The translations under genes were made by a program, and so were the position numbers. This document shows, in pieces, positions 49,019 through 59,212 of a DNA stretch of 64,000 nt. The notes under the pieces are model-generated. The model was not told the origin of the DNA, did not search any database, and saw only the letters and a program-made list of their open reading frames with translations. Origin of the DNA: an uncultured Candidatus Entotheonella sp. (GTDB taxonomy: Bacteria > Tectomicrobia > Entotheonellia > Entotheonellales > Entotheonellaceae). Within the stretch, counting starts at the first letter, position 1. Each line of letters opens with the position of its first letter. The stretch spans positions 3,104,001 through 3,168,000 of the forward strand of contig OZ244252.1 of NCBI GenBank assembly GCA_965217185.1, in the 5' to 3' direction.

Positions 49019-50311
49019 CTACACATACTGCACCGTGTCGAACCGCTGCCGCAGGGCGTGCACGGCGTCCTTGACGGCTTTGTTGCGGATGGCGTCGGCG
49101 ATCAGCCCGGCGAGGTCCTGCATGTCCGCCTCACGCATGCCGTACCGGGTCATTTCCTGCACGCCGATGCGCAGGCCGGAGGGGTTGCGCGGCTCGGTGT
49201 CGGTGGGAAGCAGGTTGTAATTGACGATGATGTCATTGGCCTCCAGGCGCTGCGCCACGGCCACGCCGCCGCCGTGCGCCGCGACGTTGACGGCAAGCTG
49301 GTGGCTCCGCGTGTAACCGAAATCGCGCGCCTCCACGGCGATGCCGGCGTCGTCCAGGGCGCGCCCGAGGGCCTGGGCGTTGGCGACGATCTGAGCGGCG
49401 TAGGCTTGCGCGTGTTGCTTCATCTCGCGGATGGCGACGAGCAGGCCCGGCAGGCTGTGCAGGTGGTGATTGCTGGAGGAGCCGGGAAAAACGCCGCGAT
49501 TGGCCGCCGGCCAGTAGCGTTTTTCGTCCGCTTCGTTGAGGTCGGCGAGGATGACGCCGCGCTGCGGGCCGGGAAAGGTTTTGTGCGTGCTGGCGGTGAC
49601 CCAGGCGGCACCCTCGCGCCAGGGGTCCTGGAACTGGCCGCCGAGGATCAAGCCGAGCACGTGGGCGCCGTCGTACAGAATCGGGATGCCCTTCTCCCGG
49701 CACAGGGCGGCGAGCTCGCGCACCGGCTCGGGAAACAGGAACAGGCTCTTGCCCAGTACCACCAGGCGCGGCGCGGCGCGCTCGATGAGGTCGAGGCTTT
49801 TCGGCACGTCGACGTGGTAGTGGTCCTCGCTCAGCGGCAGGTAGTGCAAGGGGATGGCTTTGTCCGATTCGAGGTTCAGCGAGGCGCCGCGCGTCTGGAT
49901 GCGCCTGCCGAAGACGCCGATGGTGTTGTGACTGATGTGGCCGCCGGCGGGCGTCGAGTTGACGATGACGGGATCGCCGGCGCGCAGGTAGCCGAGGGCG
50001 ATGGCGGTGTTGGCAGCATTGCCGCTGATGGGCCGCACGTCCGCCTGGCGGCAGCGGGCCAGCGCCAGCAGCTCCTCTCGCGCCATGGTTTCGAGGCGGT
50101 CGATGTATTGCGTGCCTTGGTAATAGCGATTGATCTGGTCGCCCTGGTTGGGGTGCCCCTCGGCATAGCGGGCCATGAAATCCGAGTTCTGGATGTCGCG
50201 CACCGCCGCGCTCTGGACGTTCTCGCTGGCGATGAGATTGATCGTCTGCCGCTGGCGCCAGTCGTCCTGGGACGCCACGAGGCTGCGGATATCGCTGATG
50301 TCGACCGACAT
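49019..50311 (-). CDS. glyA: Serine hydroxymethyltransferase, archaeal-like type
   Basis: LIASEN, YAEG, GGHISH, STHKTFPGPQ, FPGSSSNHHLH. Confidence 0.9.
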   Translation of the reverse strand: MSVDISDIRSLVASQDDWRQRQTINLIASENVQSAAVRDIQNSDFMARYAEGHPNQGDQINRYYQGTQYIDRLETMAREELLALARCRQADVRPISGNAANTAIALGYLRAGDPVIVNSTPAGGHISHNTIGVFGRRIQTRGASLNLESDKAIPLHYLPLSEDHYHVDVPKSLDLIERAAPRLVVLGKSLFLFPEPVRELAALCREKGIPILYDGAHVLGLILGGQFQDPWREGAAWVTASTHKTFPGPQRGVILADLNEADEKRYWPAANRGVFPGSSSNHHLHSLPGLLVAIREMKQHAQAYAAQIVANAQALGRALDDAGIAVEARDFGYTRSHQLAVNVAAHGGGVAVAQRLEANDIIVNYNLLPTDTEPRNPSGLRIGVQEMTRYGMREADMQDLAGLIADAIRNKAVKDAVHALRQRFDTVQYV

Positions 50312-50332
50312 GCGGGATTCTCCTTGGCGTGG

Positions 50333-51952
50333 TTAATGCGGTTCCGTGGTGGACGGCGGCTTGCCGGTCACCTCGACGAAGACGCGCACGAAGCGGGTGC
50401 CGTCGTCCATGGTGATTTCGTTGGTCAGGCGCCGCGCCGCCTCCTGCAGGAAGGCCGGTGAGAAGTCGAAAGCGCTGACCGTGACGTAGCTCTCGCGGTC
50501 GTGCGTGGTGACGCCGCGAATGACCCATGCATAGCCGTAAACGCGATCGTCACCCATCAGGCCGCACGACGCCAGCGGGGCGAAGGCCAGATAGTACTGC
50601 GTCGGGCGCTGCTGCGGCTGGGGGTAATGCTGGCGCACCAGTTCCTCGAAGATGCGCGTGCCGCGGCGCAGGGCATCGACTTTCGAGCGCGTCACCGGCC
50701 CCCACATGCGGATGGCCAAGCCCGGGCCGGGGGAGGGCTGGCGGTGCACGACCTCCTTGGGCAAGCCGAGATAGGCGGCGAGCTGGCGAATTTCAAACTT
50801 GAACAGCCCGGCGATGGGCTCGATGACCTGGACGGCAAGTTGGGCCGGCAGGCCGCCGACGTTGTGGTGCGCCTTCAGGTTGGTAATCGACTCGATGATG
50901 TCGGCGTAGTTGGTGCCCTGCACGAGGGCGACCGGCTGGCGGCCCTGCTGGCGGGCGTGGCGCACGAAGGTGTCGATGAAACGCGCGCCGATGGTGCGCC
51001 GTACCTGATCGTAGTAGTGCGCCTCGCCCTGCGGGTCGGGTCCGGCGTAGGGCAGCGCCTCGATGTCGGGCAGGAAGGCGTCGGATGCCTCAAGGTACGA
51101 GATGCCTGCATCGCCGAATACCTCTCGCACCTCGGCCAATTCGTCCTGGCGCAGAAAGCCGGTGTCCACGCAAGTGGCACGCAGGCGCGGGCCGTAGGCG
51201 CGCTGGGCGAGCTTGAAGGCGACAGCGGAATCCACGCCGCCGGACAGCCCGAGTTCCACGTCGCCGTGCGGCACGGCCTGACGCAGCCAGTCGGTGCACG
51301 TGTCAACGTAGGTAGCCAAGTCATACGTGTAGTCGGGCTCGCAGCCGGCGAGGGTGAAGGCGATGTGCGCCAGGAAGGCGTCGCCGTTCTCGGTGTGATC
51401 GACCTCCGGGTGGAACACCGCGGCGTACACGCCGTCGGCGCCGACCAGGGCGTGCCGGCAATGGGCGGTGCTGCCCAGGACGTTCCAGCCGGCGGGCAGG
51501 GTTGCAATCTCGTCGCTGTGGTTCATCACCACCGTGCCGCCGGTGTAATCGCCGAAGGGCGCCGCGACGCTGACCTGCACCTCCCCGAACTCCGGCACGG
51601 CTGCCGGCGCCACCGAGCCGCCCAGCTTGCTGGCCAGGAGTTGGGCGCCGTAACAGATGCCCAGAACCACGCCATTTTGGCGCAGTGTCGCCACATCGGC
51701 GTCGGTGAGGGTAGGGGCGCCAGGATTGCCGATACGGTCATCGCCGCCGGAGAGGATCGTCAGCTTGGCGCCGCGGCCGGCAGCGACCGCCTCCGGCACC
51801 TCGGCAGCGTGAATGACGCGGCTGCGCAAGCCGATCTGGCGCAGTTGCTGGGCGATCATCGGCGTCGATTTAGAGCCGAAATGCACGATCAGGACTTGGG
51901 CATCGTCCCGCGCGCCCCAGGCAAAACGTTGGATGCGATTTCCGTCCGGCAT
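50333..51952 (-). CDS. guaA: GMP synthase-like protein (divergent)
   Basis: GICYGAQ, FHPE, LSGGVDS, KAHHNVGGLP, PGPGLAIR, KPPST. Confidence 0.8.
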   Translation of the reverse strand: MPDGNRIQRFAWGARDDAQVLIVHFGSKSTPMIAQQLRQIGLRSRVIHAAEVPEAVAAGRGAKLTILSGGDDRIGNPGAPTLTDADVATLRQNGVVLGICYGAQLLASKLGGSVAPAAVPEFGEVQVSVAAPFGDYTGGTVVMNHSDEIATLPAGWNVLGSTAHCRHALVGADGVYAAVFHPEVDHTENGDAFLAHIAFTLAGCEPDYTYDLATYVDTCTDWLRQAVPHGDVELGLSGGVDSAVAFKLAQRAYGPRLRATCVDTGFLRQDELAEVREVFGDAGISYLEASDAFLPDIEALPYAGPDPQGEAHYYDQVRRTIGARFIDTFVRHARQQGRQPVALVQGTNYADIIESITNLKAHHNVGGLPAQLAVQVIEPIAGLFKFEIRQLAAYLGLPKEVVHRQPSPGPGLAIRMWGPVTRSKVDALRRGTRIFEELVRQHYPQPQQRPTQYYLAFAPLASCGLMGDDRVYGYAWVIRGVTTHDRESYVTVSAFDFSPAFLQEAARRLTNEITMDDGTRFVRVFVEVTGKPPSTTEPH

Positions 51953-51984
51953 GGTCTCCGACCTTACAAATTGGGCTCAACTTG

Positions 51985-52023
51985 CTCCCTCTCCCCTGGT
52001 AGGAGAAGGTTGGGGTGAGGGGG
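51985..52023. repeat. Degenerate CCCTCTCCC...GGGGTGAGGG-type intergenic palindrome
   Basis: Resembles a widespread bacterial intergenic repeat; only one copy in this window. Confidence 0.45.
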
Positions 52024-52112
52024 AAATCTGGATTTTATTTCTCTTGGCACGTCTGAGCTACCATCTTATGATCATCATACAAAGAGCCCGAGGGTGCTGT
52101 CTATGAAATGGA

Positions 52113-52303
52113 CTAGTAGCTGTTCAACGTAATGCACAGGCATGATAAGTTGCCTCCCAGTAAGCTGCTGGCCATAAGCTGGGAGGGATGATTGTGAAGA
52201 AGCTCTATGTGGTCCGTTTGAGTGAAGAAGAACGGACCGAATTGACGAAACGGGTCAAGTTGCATCATCTCTATCCCGTGATCAAAGATTGACGCACTAC
52301 TAG
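52113..52303 (+). mobile_element. MITE / internal-deletion derivative of an IS630-family element
   Basis: CTAGTAG...CTACTAG ends; mini-ORF 52188-52292 fuses IS630-like N-terminus (YVVRLSEEER) and C-terminus (KLHHLYP). Confidence 0.7.
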
Positions 52304-52369
52304 AGCGCCCCGAAGCGTCGTCGGTTCTCGGCGGCGTGAATGCTTCCATGAGCGAGTAAAGGAAACGTG

Positions 52370-52678
52370 ATGGCGGAAACCCGTGCCGTAATGCGAGAAA
52401 TCTCACCGAAATTGGCGGACCTGACCGCGGACGTGCTGTTCGGCGACGTCTGGGAACAGCCCGATCTGTCGAAACGCGACCGCAGCCTGATAACCGTGGC
52501 GACCCTGACGGCGCTCTACCGCACCGATCAGCTGCGTGGCCACATCCGGCGGGCGCTGGATAATGGGGTGACGAAGGCCGAGATCAGCGCCGTGATTACC
52601 CACATGGCCTTCTATGCCGGCTGGCCCACCGCGGCCAACGCGGTGCGGGTGGCCAAGGAAGTGTTCGACTCGGAATAA
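52370..52678 (+). CDS. Carboxymuconolactone decarboxylase family protein
   Basis: LFGDVW..PDLSKRDRSLIT...HMAFYAGWP. Confidence 0.9.
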   Translation: MAETRAVMREISPKLADLTADVLFGDVWEQPDLSKRDRSLITVATLTALYRTDQLRGHIRRALDNGVTKAEISAVITHMAFYAGWPTAANAVRVAKEVFDSE

Positions 52679-52691
52679 GCGGGAACGCCGG

Positions 52692-53153
52692 GTGAGCGGT
52701 TTGACGTCGAGGCCGGGAACCTATGCCTTGGTCCTTGCCTCGACCGAGACTCGCTGCCTGCGCGTCGGGCAGCTGGGCAGCTTGGCGTTGCGGCCTGGCT
52801 GGTACGTCTACGTCGGCAGCGCCTTCGGTCCCGGCGGCGTCCGTGCGCGGTTGGCGCATCACCGGAAGCGGGCCGCGCGGCCGCACTGGCACGTCGACCA
52901 TCTGCGACTGCATACCCAACTGGAGCGCGTGTGGTTCACGCACGACTCGATCCGCCGGGAGCATCAGTGGGCGCAGGTGATGCAGTAATTGCCGGGCGCC
53001 GAGATGCCGCTTCACGGCTTCGGGTCCTCGGATTGCGCGTGTGCGTCGCACTTGGTTCGTTTCGCTCGCCGGCCGTCCTTCCGCCGCTTCCAACGGGAAA
53101 TTCATTCGCTGTTCCCGGAGCACGGCCCCATTCGTCCGATTATTACCGCATAG
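52692..53153 (+). pseudogene. GIY-YIG (DUF123/Uri-like) nuclease with a nonsense codon at 52986
   Basis: GTY...YVYVGSA, HWHVD before the TAA; GFGSSDCACASHL in frame after it. Confidence 0.75.
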
Positions 53154-53163
53154 AAAGGTTGCC

Positions 53164-53964
53164 ATGCGCAGCTTCGACGCCCTGGGTTGCAAGAAAGTCG
53201 TGATTGGCCTCGTCCACCTGCTGCCCCTGCCGGGCACGCCGTTTTACGAGCCGGGCAACACCGAGCGAGCGCTGGACAAGGCCGTGCGCGACGCCACCGC
53301 CCTGTCGCAAGGCGGCACCGACGGCTGTCTCATCCAGACGGTGGACCGCGTTTATCCCACCGGCGACGAGGCGGATTACGCTCGCGTCGCGGCCATGGCG
53401 GCGATCACCCGGGCGGTGGCCGAAGCCACGCCGCCGGACTTCCAGATCGGCGTGCAGATCATGGTCAATGCGCTCAAGGCCTCCGCCGCGGTGGCCACCG
53501 TGTGCGGCGGCTCATTTCTGCGCTGCACGGCGCTCGTTGGCGCCACCGTGACGCCCTCGGGCATTGTCGAGGCCAACCCCCTCGATTTCCTCACCTACCG
53601 CGCCCGCATCGGCGGCGACCGGCTCAAGCTGATCGCCGAGGTGGACAGCATGCACTTTCACTGGATGGGCGACAAACCCACCGCCGACGTGGCCCGCACC
53701 GCAGCCCGCATGGGCGCCGACGCGGTCGAGGTGGCGCACCCCGACGAGGCCGTCAGCAATCGCCTGGTGTACGACATCAAACACGTCCACCCCCACCTGC
53801 CCGTCATCCTCGGCGGCCATACCAAGCACGAAAACGCCGCCCGCCGCCTCGCTGAAGCCGATGGCGCCTTTGTCGGCTCGTGCCTCAAGTCCGGCGCCTG
53901 GGACAGCGATATCGACGTGGGACGGGTGCGGGAGTATGTGAAGATTGTTGCCGGTCTGTCTTGA
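53164..53964 (+). CDS. BtpA/SgcQ-family protein
   Basis: [21 protein letters not shown]. Confidence 0.85.
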   Translation: MRSFDALGCKKVVIGLVHLLPLPGTPFYEPGNTERALDKAVRDATALSQGGTDGCLIQTVDRVYPTGDEADYARVAAMAAITRAVAEATPPDFQIGVQIMVNALKASAAVATVCGGSFLRCTALVGATVTPSGIVEANPLDFLTYRARIGGDRLKLIAEVDSMHFHWMGDKPTADVARTAARMGADAVEVAHPDEAVSNRLVYDIKHVHPHLPVILGGHTKHENAARRLAEADGAFVGSCLKSGAWDSDIDVGRVREYVKIVAGLS

Positions 53965-54010
53965 ACTGCCCCTAGACCGTAGGCGTCATCATCAACTCGG
54001 CCCCATATAC

Positions 54011-54229
54011 ATGAGCGACGACAGCATTCTCAAAAAATTTGGCGAGCGAGTACGCCAGCTTCGAAAAGCTCGGGGGTTTTCGCAACAATCCTTTGCGGCG
54101 ACGTGTGGGCTTGATCGAACTTATATTGGAGGAATCGAGCGCGGGGAGCGCAATGTTGCTTTGCGGAACATGGAGGCGATTGCCAAATCCCTGGGGCTTT
54201 CCGTTTCCGAGCTTACAACGGGACTGTGA
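54011..54229 (+). CDS. XRE-family HTH regulator (C-protein-like)
   Basis: FGERVRQLR...SQ...[15 protein letters not shown]. Confidence 0.85.
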   Translation: MSDDSILKKFGERVRQLRKARGFSQQSFAATCGLDRTYIGGIERGERNVALRNMEAIAKSLGLSVSELTTGL

Positions 54230-54242
54230 AGAGTTAATGAAT

Positions 54243-55525
54243 GGGCATCTCTAATGATACTCATCTTCCCACGTGGTTTAGAATTACAGAGACACGTTAA
54301 CCAACAGGCCGGAGGAGTTGAACATGGCTCGGATGGGCTTTTTCGATGTCGAGAATCGCTACGCCGCTCTGGATGCCAAGCATGACCCCCTGGTGAAGAT
54401 CAATGCCGTCGTTCCCTGGGAAGCCTTCCGCAGCCGCCTGGAAAACGTCTGGCGCAAGCCGCCCGACAAGCGTAAGTCCAATGCGGGGTGCAAGCCGTGG
54501 GACGCCATCGTCATGTTCAAAGCGATCATTTTGTGCGCCCTCTACAATCTATCGGATGACCAGGTCGAGTATCAGATGCGTGACCGCCTGTCCTTCGTGC
54601 GCTTTCTGGGGCTGGCGCTTGAAGACAAGGTGCCCGACGCCAAGACGGTGTGGCTCTACCGCGAGCAGTTGTCACAGGCTGGCCTCTGGAGGCCTTGCTT
54701 GAGGATTTCGACGGCTATCTGAAAAGCCAGGGCTACCGGGCCATGGGCGGCCAGATCATCGATGCCTCGATTGTCGCGGTTCCCATTCAACGCAATCGTC
54801 GTGATGACAATGAGCAGATCAAGCGCGGTGAGATGCCCGCGGCCTGGGCCGACAAGGCGGCCAAGCGTCGGCAAAAGGATACGGATGCGCGCTGGACGAA
54901 GAAGCACGGCAAGAGCCATGGCTACAAGAATCACGTCAGCATCGACCGTCGGCACAAACCGATCCGGCGTTACCGGGCGACGGACGCGGCGGTGCACGAC
55001 AGCCAAGTGGTTGATGAACTGCTTACGTCGGACAACACGGCAAGCGGCGTCTGGGCGGACAGCGCCTACCGGTCCAAAGCGATCGCGGAGAAGGTCAAGG
55101 AAAGGGGCTTGACGAGTCGGATTCATCGCAAGGGCTATCGCAACCGTCCGCTGTGTGATTGGGAGAAGGCGGGCAACCAGAGTCGTTCACGGTTTCGAGC
55201 ACGGGTAGAGCATGTCTTCGGGGCGCAGCAAAACGACGTGGGCGGGACGTTGGTTCGCAGCATCGGTCTTGTACGGGCGAGCGCGCGGATAGGTCTCAAG
55301 AACCTTGCCTACAACAGGCGTCGCCTGGTTCACTTGCAACGTCTGGCGATGGTGGATTCACGCTAAAGGGTGCAGCAGGGCGTGGGACGCCCTCATTGAA
55401 AGCGCCATGGCTCTTGTCGGGGAGCGACATCACCGCGCCAACCGCCGTTCATTCTCTACCGACATCACGCGATAGGACCACTCACGCCAGTTTTGCCCGC
55501 CAGTGAGTCATTTTTCGAGGCGCCC
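54243..55525 (+). mobile_element. IS5-family insertion sequence, copy 2 (frameshifted transposase 54324-55366)
   Basis: IRs GGGCATCTC/GAGGCGCCC; homologous to 6363-7650; frameshift near 54685; no target duplication. Confidence 0.85.
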
Positions 55526-55554
55526 TTTAGTTTATTTGGCCCGCCCCTAACCTA

Positions 55555-55593
55555 ACCCCGCCACGACAAATCAGTCGTGGCGGGGTATTTTAT
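55555..55593. terminator. 13-bp hairpin, possibly a bidirectional terminator
   Basis: ACCCCGCCACGAC-AAATCA-GTCGTGGCGGGGT followed by ATTTTAT; just past the trpG stop. Confidence 0.55.
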
Positions 55594-55600
55594 GTGGAAT

Positions 55601-56185
55601 TTAAGGCCGGGACGCCTCGGCCACCGCGGCCAACAGATTACCCAGCAGACGCAGCCCGTGGCTGTTTTCCATCGTCAGAATCGACTCGGGGTGAAACTGC
55701 ACGCCCTCGATGGGCAGCGAGCGGTGACGGATACCCATCACGACGTCGCCCCAGGTGGCGGTCACCTCGAAAACGTCGGGTATCACGTCGCCGACCAGCG
55801 AGTGGTAGCGGCCCACCGGCAGCGGCGATGGCAGGTCTTCGTAGATGCCCTCGCCGTGGTGGTCGATCTCGCTTTGCTTGCCGTGGTAGGGACGTGGCAG
55901 CACCCGCAGCGTGCCGCCGAAATACTCGATCATCGCCTGATGGCCCAGGCACACCCCGAACAGCGGCACGTGCTGGTGGAAATGATCGATGTAGGCCAGC
56001 AGGTTGCCGGCGTTGGCGGGCGTCGACGGACCTGGGGAGAAGACCAGCAGGTCCGGCTCCGACGTCGCCACGATGTCCACCGGGATGTCATTGCGATACA
56101 CCCGCACGGTGCATTCGAGGCGGCGGAAGTAATCGACCAGATTGAAGGTGAACGAATCGAAATTGTCGATCATGGTGATGTTCAT
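55601..56185 (-). CDS. trpG: Anthranilate synthase component II
   Basis: IDNFDSFT, SPGP, GVCLGHQ, RYHSL, QFHPES. Confidence 0.92.
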   Translation of the reverse strand: MNITMIDNFDSFTFNLVDYFRRLECTVRVYRNDIPVDIVATSEPDLLVFSPGPSTPANAGNLLAYIDHFHQHVPLFGVCLGHQAMIEYFGGTLRVLPRPYHGKQSEIDHHGEGIYEDLPSPLPVGRYHSLVGDVIPDVFEVTATWGDVVMGIRHRSLPIEGVQFHPESILTMENSHGLRLLGNLLAAVAEASRP

Positions 56186-56200
56186 GAAAATTCCCCCCGT

Positions 56201-57823
56201 TTACTCGATGCCGTCCAGCGCTTCCAATAATGCCCTTGCCTTAGCCTCGGTTTCCGCGTACTCGGCGGACGGTTCCGAATCGAACAGCAGCGTCGAGCCG
56301 ACCCGCACGCGCACGTCGTAAGCGGGCGCCGCGCCGCCTTGCCGCTGCACCAGGTGCGCCGTGCGAATGATGATGCCGGTGTCGAGCTGTCCCGAGAACG
56401 TCAGGTAACCCACGTTACCGCCGTAGTAGCCGCGGCGGCTGTGCTCGTGGTTCTCGATGTACGCCATGGCCGCCGCCTTGGGCGCCCCGGTCAGGGTGCC
56501 GGCGTTGAGGCAGGCGATGAAGGCGTCGAAGGCCGACAGACCGGCGGACAATTCGCCCTCCACCTGCGCCACCGTGTGCATCACGCGCGAGTATTTCTCC
56601 ACGAAGCGGTAGTCGGAGACGCTGACGCCGGGCTCGCACACCCGGCTGACGTCGTTACGCGCCAAGTCGATGAGCATGTCGAGCTCCGATTTTTCCTTCT
56701 CCGAATTCAGAAGCTGCATCATGTTGTGATAGTCGGTGAGGCTGTCGGTGCCGCGCGGCATGGTGCCGGAGATGGGCCGCTGCTGCACCACGCCGTCCTC
56801 CACCCGCACGAACATCTCCGGCGAGGCACCGACCAGCGCCTCGTCGCCGTAATCGACGTAGAACTGGTACGGGGACGGGTTGATGGCGCGGAACCGCCGG
56901 TACAACTCCAGGGGGCTGCGGGTGTATTCACCCATGAAGCTGTGCGACAGGACGACCTCGAAGAATTCGCCTTGGCGCATCTGCTCGCGCGCCTCATCGA
57001 CCGCCGCCATGAAGGCGTCGCGCCCGGTGTCCGATTCCAGCTTGTGGGGTATGCGGTGGCGCTCGGCGGCAGGCGACGGGGGCGCCGGTTGAAGGCAAGA
57101 CAGCCGCTCGCGTACCAGATCGCCGGCGGACGCGGAGCTGTCCAGGAAATCGTAAATGATCAGCGTTGCCCGTTCCTTCAGATGGTCGTAAAACAGCAGC
57201 ATGTCCGGCATGAACAGCCGGAAATCCTGGGTGGGGCCGGGTTGCAGGCGATCGGGCAACGGCTCGAACAGGCGTACAAAATCGTAGGCGAAAGCGCCGT
57301 ACAACCCCAGGAAGCGGTCGTCGCAGCGAAAGTGCTGCAGCAGCGTGCGCACAATCTGCGAGATGTTGTTAAGGAGCAGCCGTTCGTCCTCGGCTACCGG
57401 GCGGCGCTCGCAGGGCACGGTGCCGGTCAGCGCTTGGTCGTCACGCTGCAGGTCTTGGCAACAAGCGAAGTCAACGTCGGCGAGCGGCTGCCGCAGCATG
57501 GCCTGACCGCGCTCATTCAGGGCGCGAATGGCGAAGGTATCTTCCTTGCCCTCGACCAGCACCGGCGGGTCGACCACCGCGAGGGAGTAGCGGCCGTAGA
57601 CGCGCGAGACGTCGACCGATTCGTATAATACGCCGGGCTTGTCGGCATTGAGGTGTTGGTAAAGCTCAAGAGGCGGCAGGTCGTCCCGGCTGAAATCAAA
57701 CGTCAGCGTCAGGCGTCGGAGGTTGCCGCGCCCGTCGCCGTATGGCAGAACCTCTTCGCTGACCGGTTGCCGCAAGAGATAATCACGCACGTCGCTGGCC
57801 GTCATGGAGGGTGTGCTTGTCAT
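56201..57823 (-). CDS. trpE: Anthranilate synthase component I
   Basis: NPSPY, GASPE, RPISGT, DLARND, GTLTGAPK, YYGG. Confidence 0.9.
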   Translation of the reverse strand: MTSTPSMTASDVRDYLLRQPVSEEVLPYGDGRGNLRRLTLTFDFSRDDLPPLELYQHLNADKPGVLYESVDVSRVYGRYSLAVVDPPVLVEGKEDTFAIRALNERGQAMLRQPLADVDFACCQDLQRDDQALTGTVPCERRPVAEDERLLLNNISQIVRTLLQHFRCDDRFLGLYGAFAYDFVRLFEPLPDRLQPGPTQDFRLFMPDMLLFYDHLKERATLIIYDFLDSSASAGDLVRERLSCLQPAPPSPAAERHRIPHKLESDTGRDAFMAAVDEAREQMRQGEFFEVVLSHSFMGEYTRSPLELYRRFRAINPSPYQFYVDYGDEALVGASPEMFVRVEDGVVQQRPISGTMPRGTDSLTDYHNMMQLLNSEKEKSELDMLIDLARNDVSRVCEPGVSVSDYRFVEKYSRVMHTVAQVEGELSAGLSAFDAFIACLNAGTLTGAPKAAAMAYIENHEHSRRGYYGGNVGYLTFSGQLDTGIIIRTAHLVQRQGGAAPAYDVRVRVGSTLLFDSEPSAEYAETEAKARALLEALDGIE

Positions 57824-58003
57824 GGTGTCGTCTCCAGAAAATGCTGCTGTCTTGCAATTGCTCGCTGCCTTTCCCGCACGGCCTGCACGCCGGGCTGCGC
57901 CGCAGGGACGCGCTTCTGCTGCACGCGGGCTATGGTTCGATCAAATAATGCCGTACCGGAAAAGGAGCAGAAGAACCGAAACGTTTGGGATGGGGCGGGC
58001 TTA

Positions 58004-58120
58004 TCAGCGCCACCAGCGGGAGGCACACCATCGCAAAGCACACAGCGGGTAGGAAGGGGTAAAGCCAAATTCGAGGGAGGCATGGACGCCTGTGGCCGGA
58101 CCGGGCGCTCGCAGGCTCAT
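58004..58120 (-). CDS. trpL: Trp leader peptide (38 aa)
   Basis: AAGGAG RBS; MSLRAPGPATGVHASLEFGFTPSYPLCALRWCASRWWR* lies between the promoter and trpE. Confidence 0.75.
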   Translation of the reverse strand: MSLRAPGPATGVHASLEFGFTPSYPLCALRWCASRWWR

Positions 58121-58169
58121 GGGACGCTCTCCTTACGCGGAATCGTGAACGCTTGAATGATTGCGGGCG

Positions 58170-58198
58170 ACTATACAGAGGGCCATGGCGCCTGTCAA
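58170..58198 (-). promoter_or_regulatory. sigma70 promoter for trpL-trpE-trpG
   Basis: TTGACA-17 bp-TATAGT on the minus strand. Confidence 0.75.
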
Positions 58199-58311
58199 TG
58201 CCGCTGCGAATCGGAGTGTTTTTGACTTTCCGCTCGCCCGCCATGTATGCTGCACGGCATGGTTGACACTATCGATTCCTGAGCCATCCTGACTGAGGAG
58301 GAACCCGGCCC

Positions 58312-59196
58312 ATGCCACTGGCAGCCATGAACGACGGCACCCGCTTGTACTACGAATCCACCGGCAGCGGCTTCCCGCTGCTGTTCAGCCACGAGTATGC
58401 TGGCGATTACCGCAGCTGGGAGCCACAAGTACGCTATTTCGCACGGCGTTATCGGGTGATCGCGTATAATGCCCGCGGCTATCCGCCGTCGGACGTGCCG
58501 GAGGACGTCGGCGCCTACTCGCAGGCGCGCGCCATGCACGACATCGCGCAGCTTTTGGAGGCGTTGCAGGTGCCGCAGGCGCATGTGGTGGGCCTGTCGA
58601 TGGGCGGCTACGCTACCCTGCATTTCGGGCTCAACTATCCGCAGATGGCGCGGTCACTGGTGGTAGCGGGATGCGGCTACGGCTCGGTGGCGGGCGACCG
58701 GCAGAAATTCCAGCAGGACTCGGCGCAGGTGGCGCAGCGTATCGAGGGCGACGGCATGCAGGCCACGGCTGCCGTGTATGCCAAAGGCCCGACGCGGGTG
58801 CAATTCGAGGACAAGGATCCGCGCGGCTGGCAGGAATTCGCCGATCAGCTCGCCGAACATTCGGCGACCGGTGCGGCCCTGACGATGCGCGGCGTGCAGG
58901 GTCAACGTCCCTCGGTGTACGAGCTGGAGGCGCAGATGCAGCAGTTGCAGGTGCCCACCCTGATCGTTACCGGCGACGAGGACGAGCCGTGTCTGGAGCC
59001 GGGGCTGTTCATGAAGCGCGCCATCCCGACATCGGGTCTCGTCGTCGTGCCCAAGACCGGCCACACGATTAACCTGGAGGAACCGGAGTCGTTCAACCGC
59101 ATCGTCAGTGATTTCCTGACCGCCGTGGAATCCGGCCAATGGCAAGCCCGCAATCCGGCCTCGCTGAGTTCCTCGGCCATTCTGCCTGCCAAGTAA
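58312..59196 (+). CDS. Alpha/beta hydrolase
   Basis: HEYAG, GLSMGG, GDED, GHTINLEEP. Confidence 0.88.
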   Translation: MPLAAMNDGTRLYYESTGSGFPLLFSHEYAGDYRSWEPQVRYFARRYRVIAYNARGYPPSDVPEDVGAYSQARAMHDIAQLLEALQVPQAHVVGLSMGGYATLHFGLNYPQMARSLVVAGCGYGSVAGDRQKFQQDSAQVAQRIEGDGMQATAAVYAKGPTRVQFEDKDPRGWQEFADQLAEHSATGAALTMRGVQGQRPSVYELEAQMQQLQVPTLIVTGDEDEPCLEPGLFMKRAIPTSGLVVVPKTGHTINLEEPESFNRIVSDFLTAVESGQWQARNPASLSSSAILPAK

Positions 59197-59212
59197 CTGT
59201 GAGGACCGCCGT

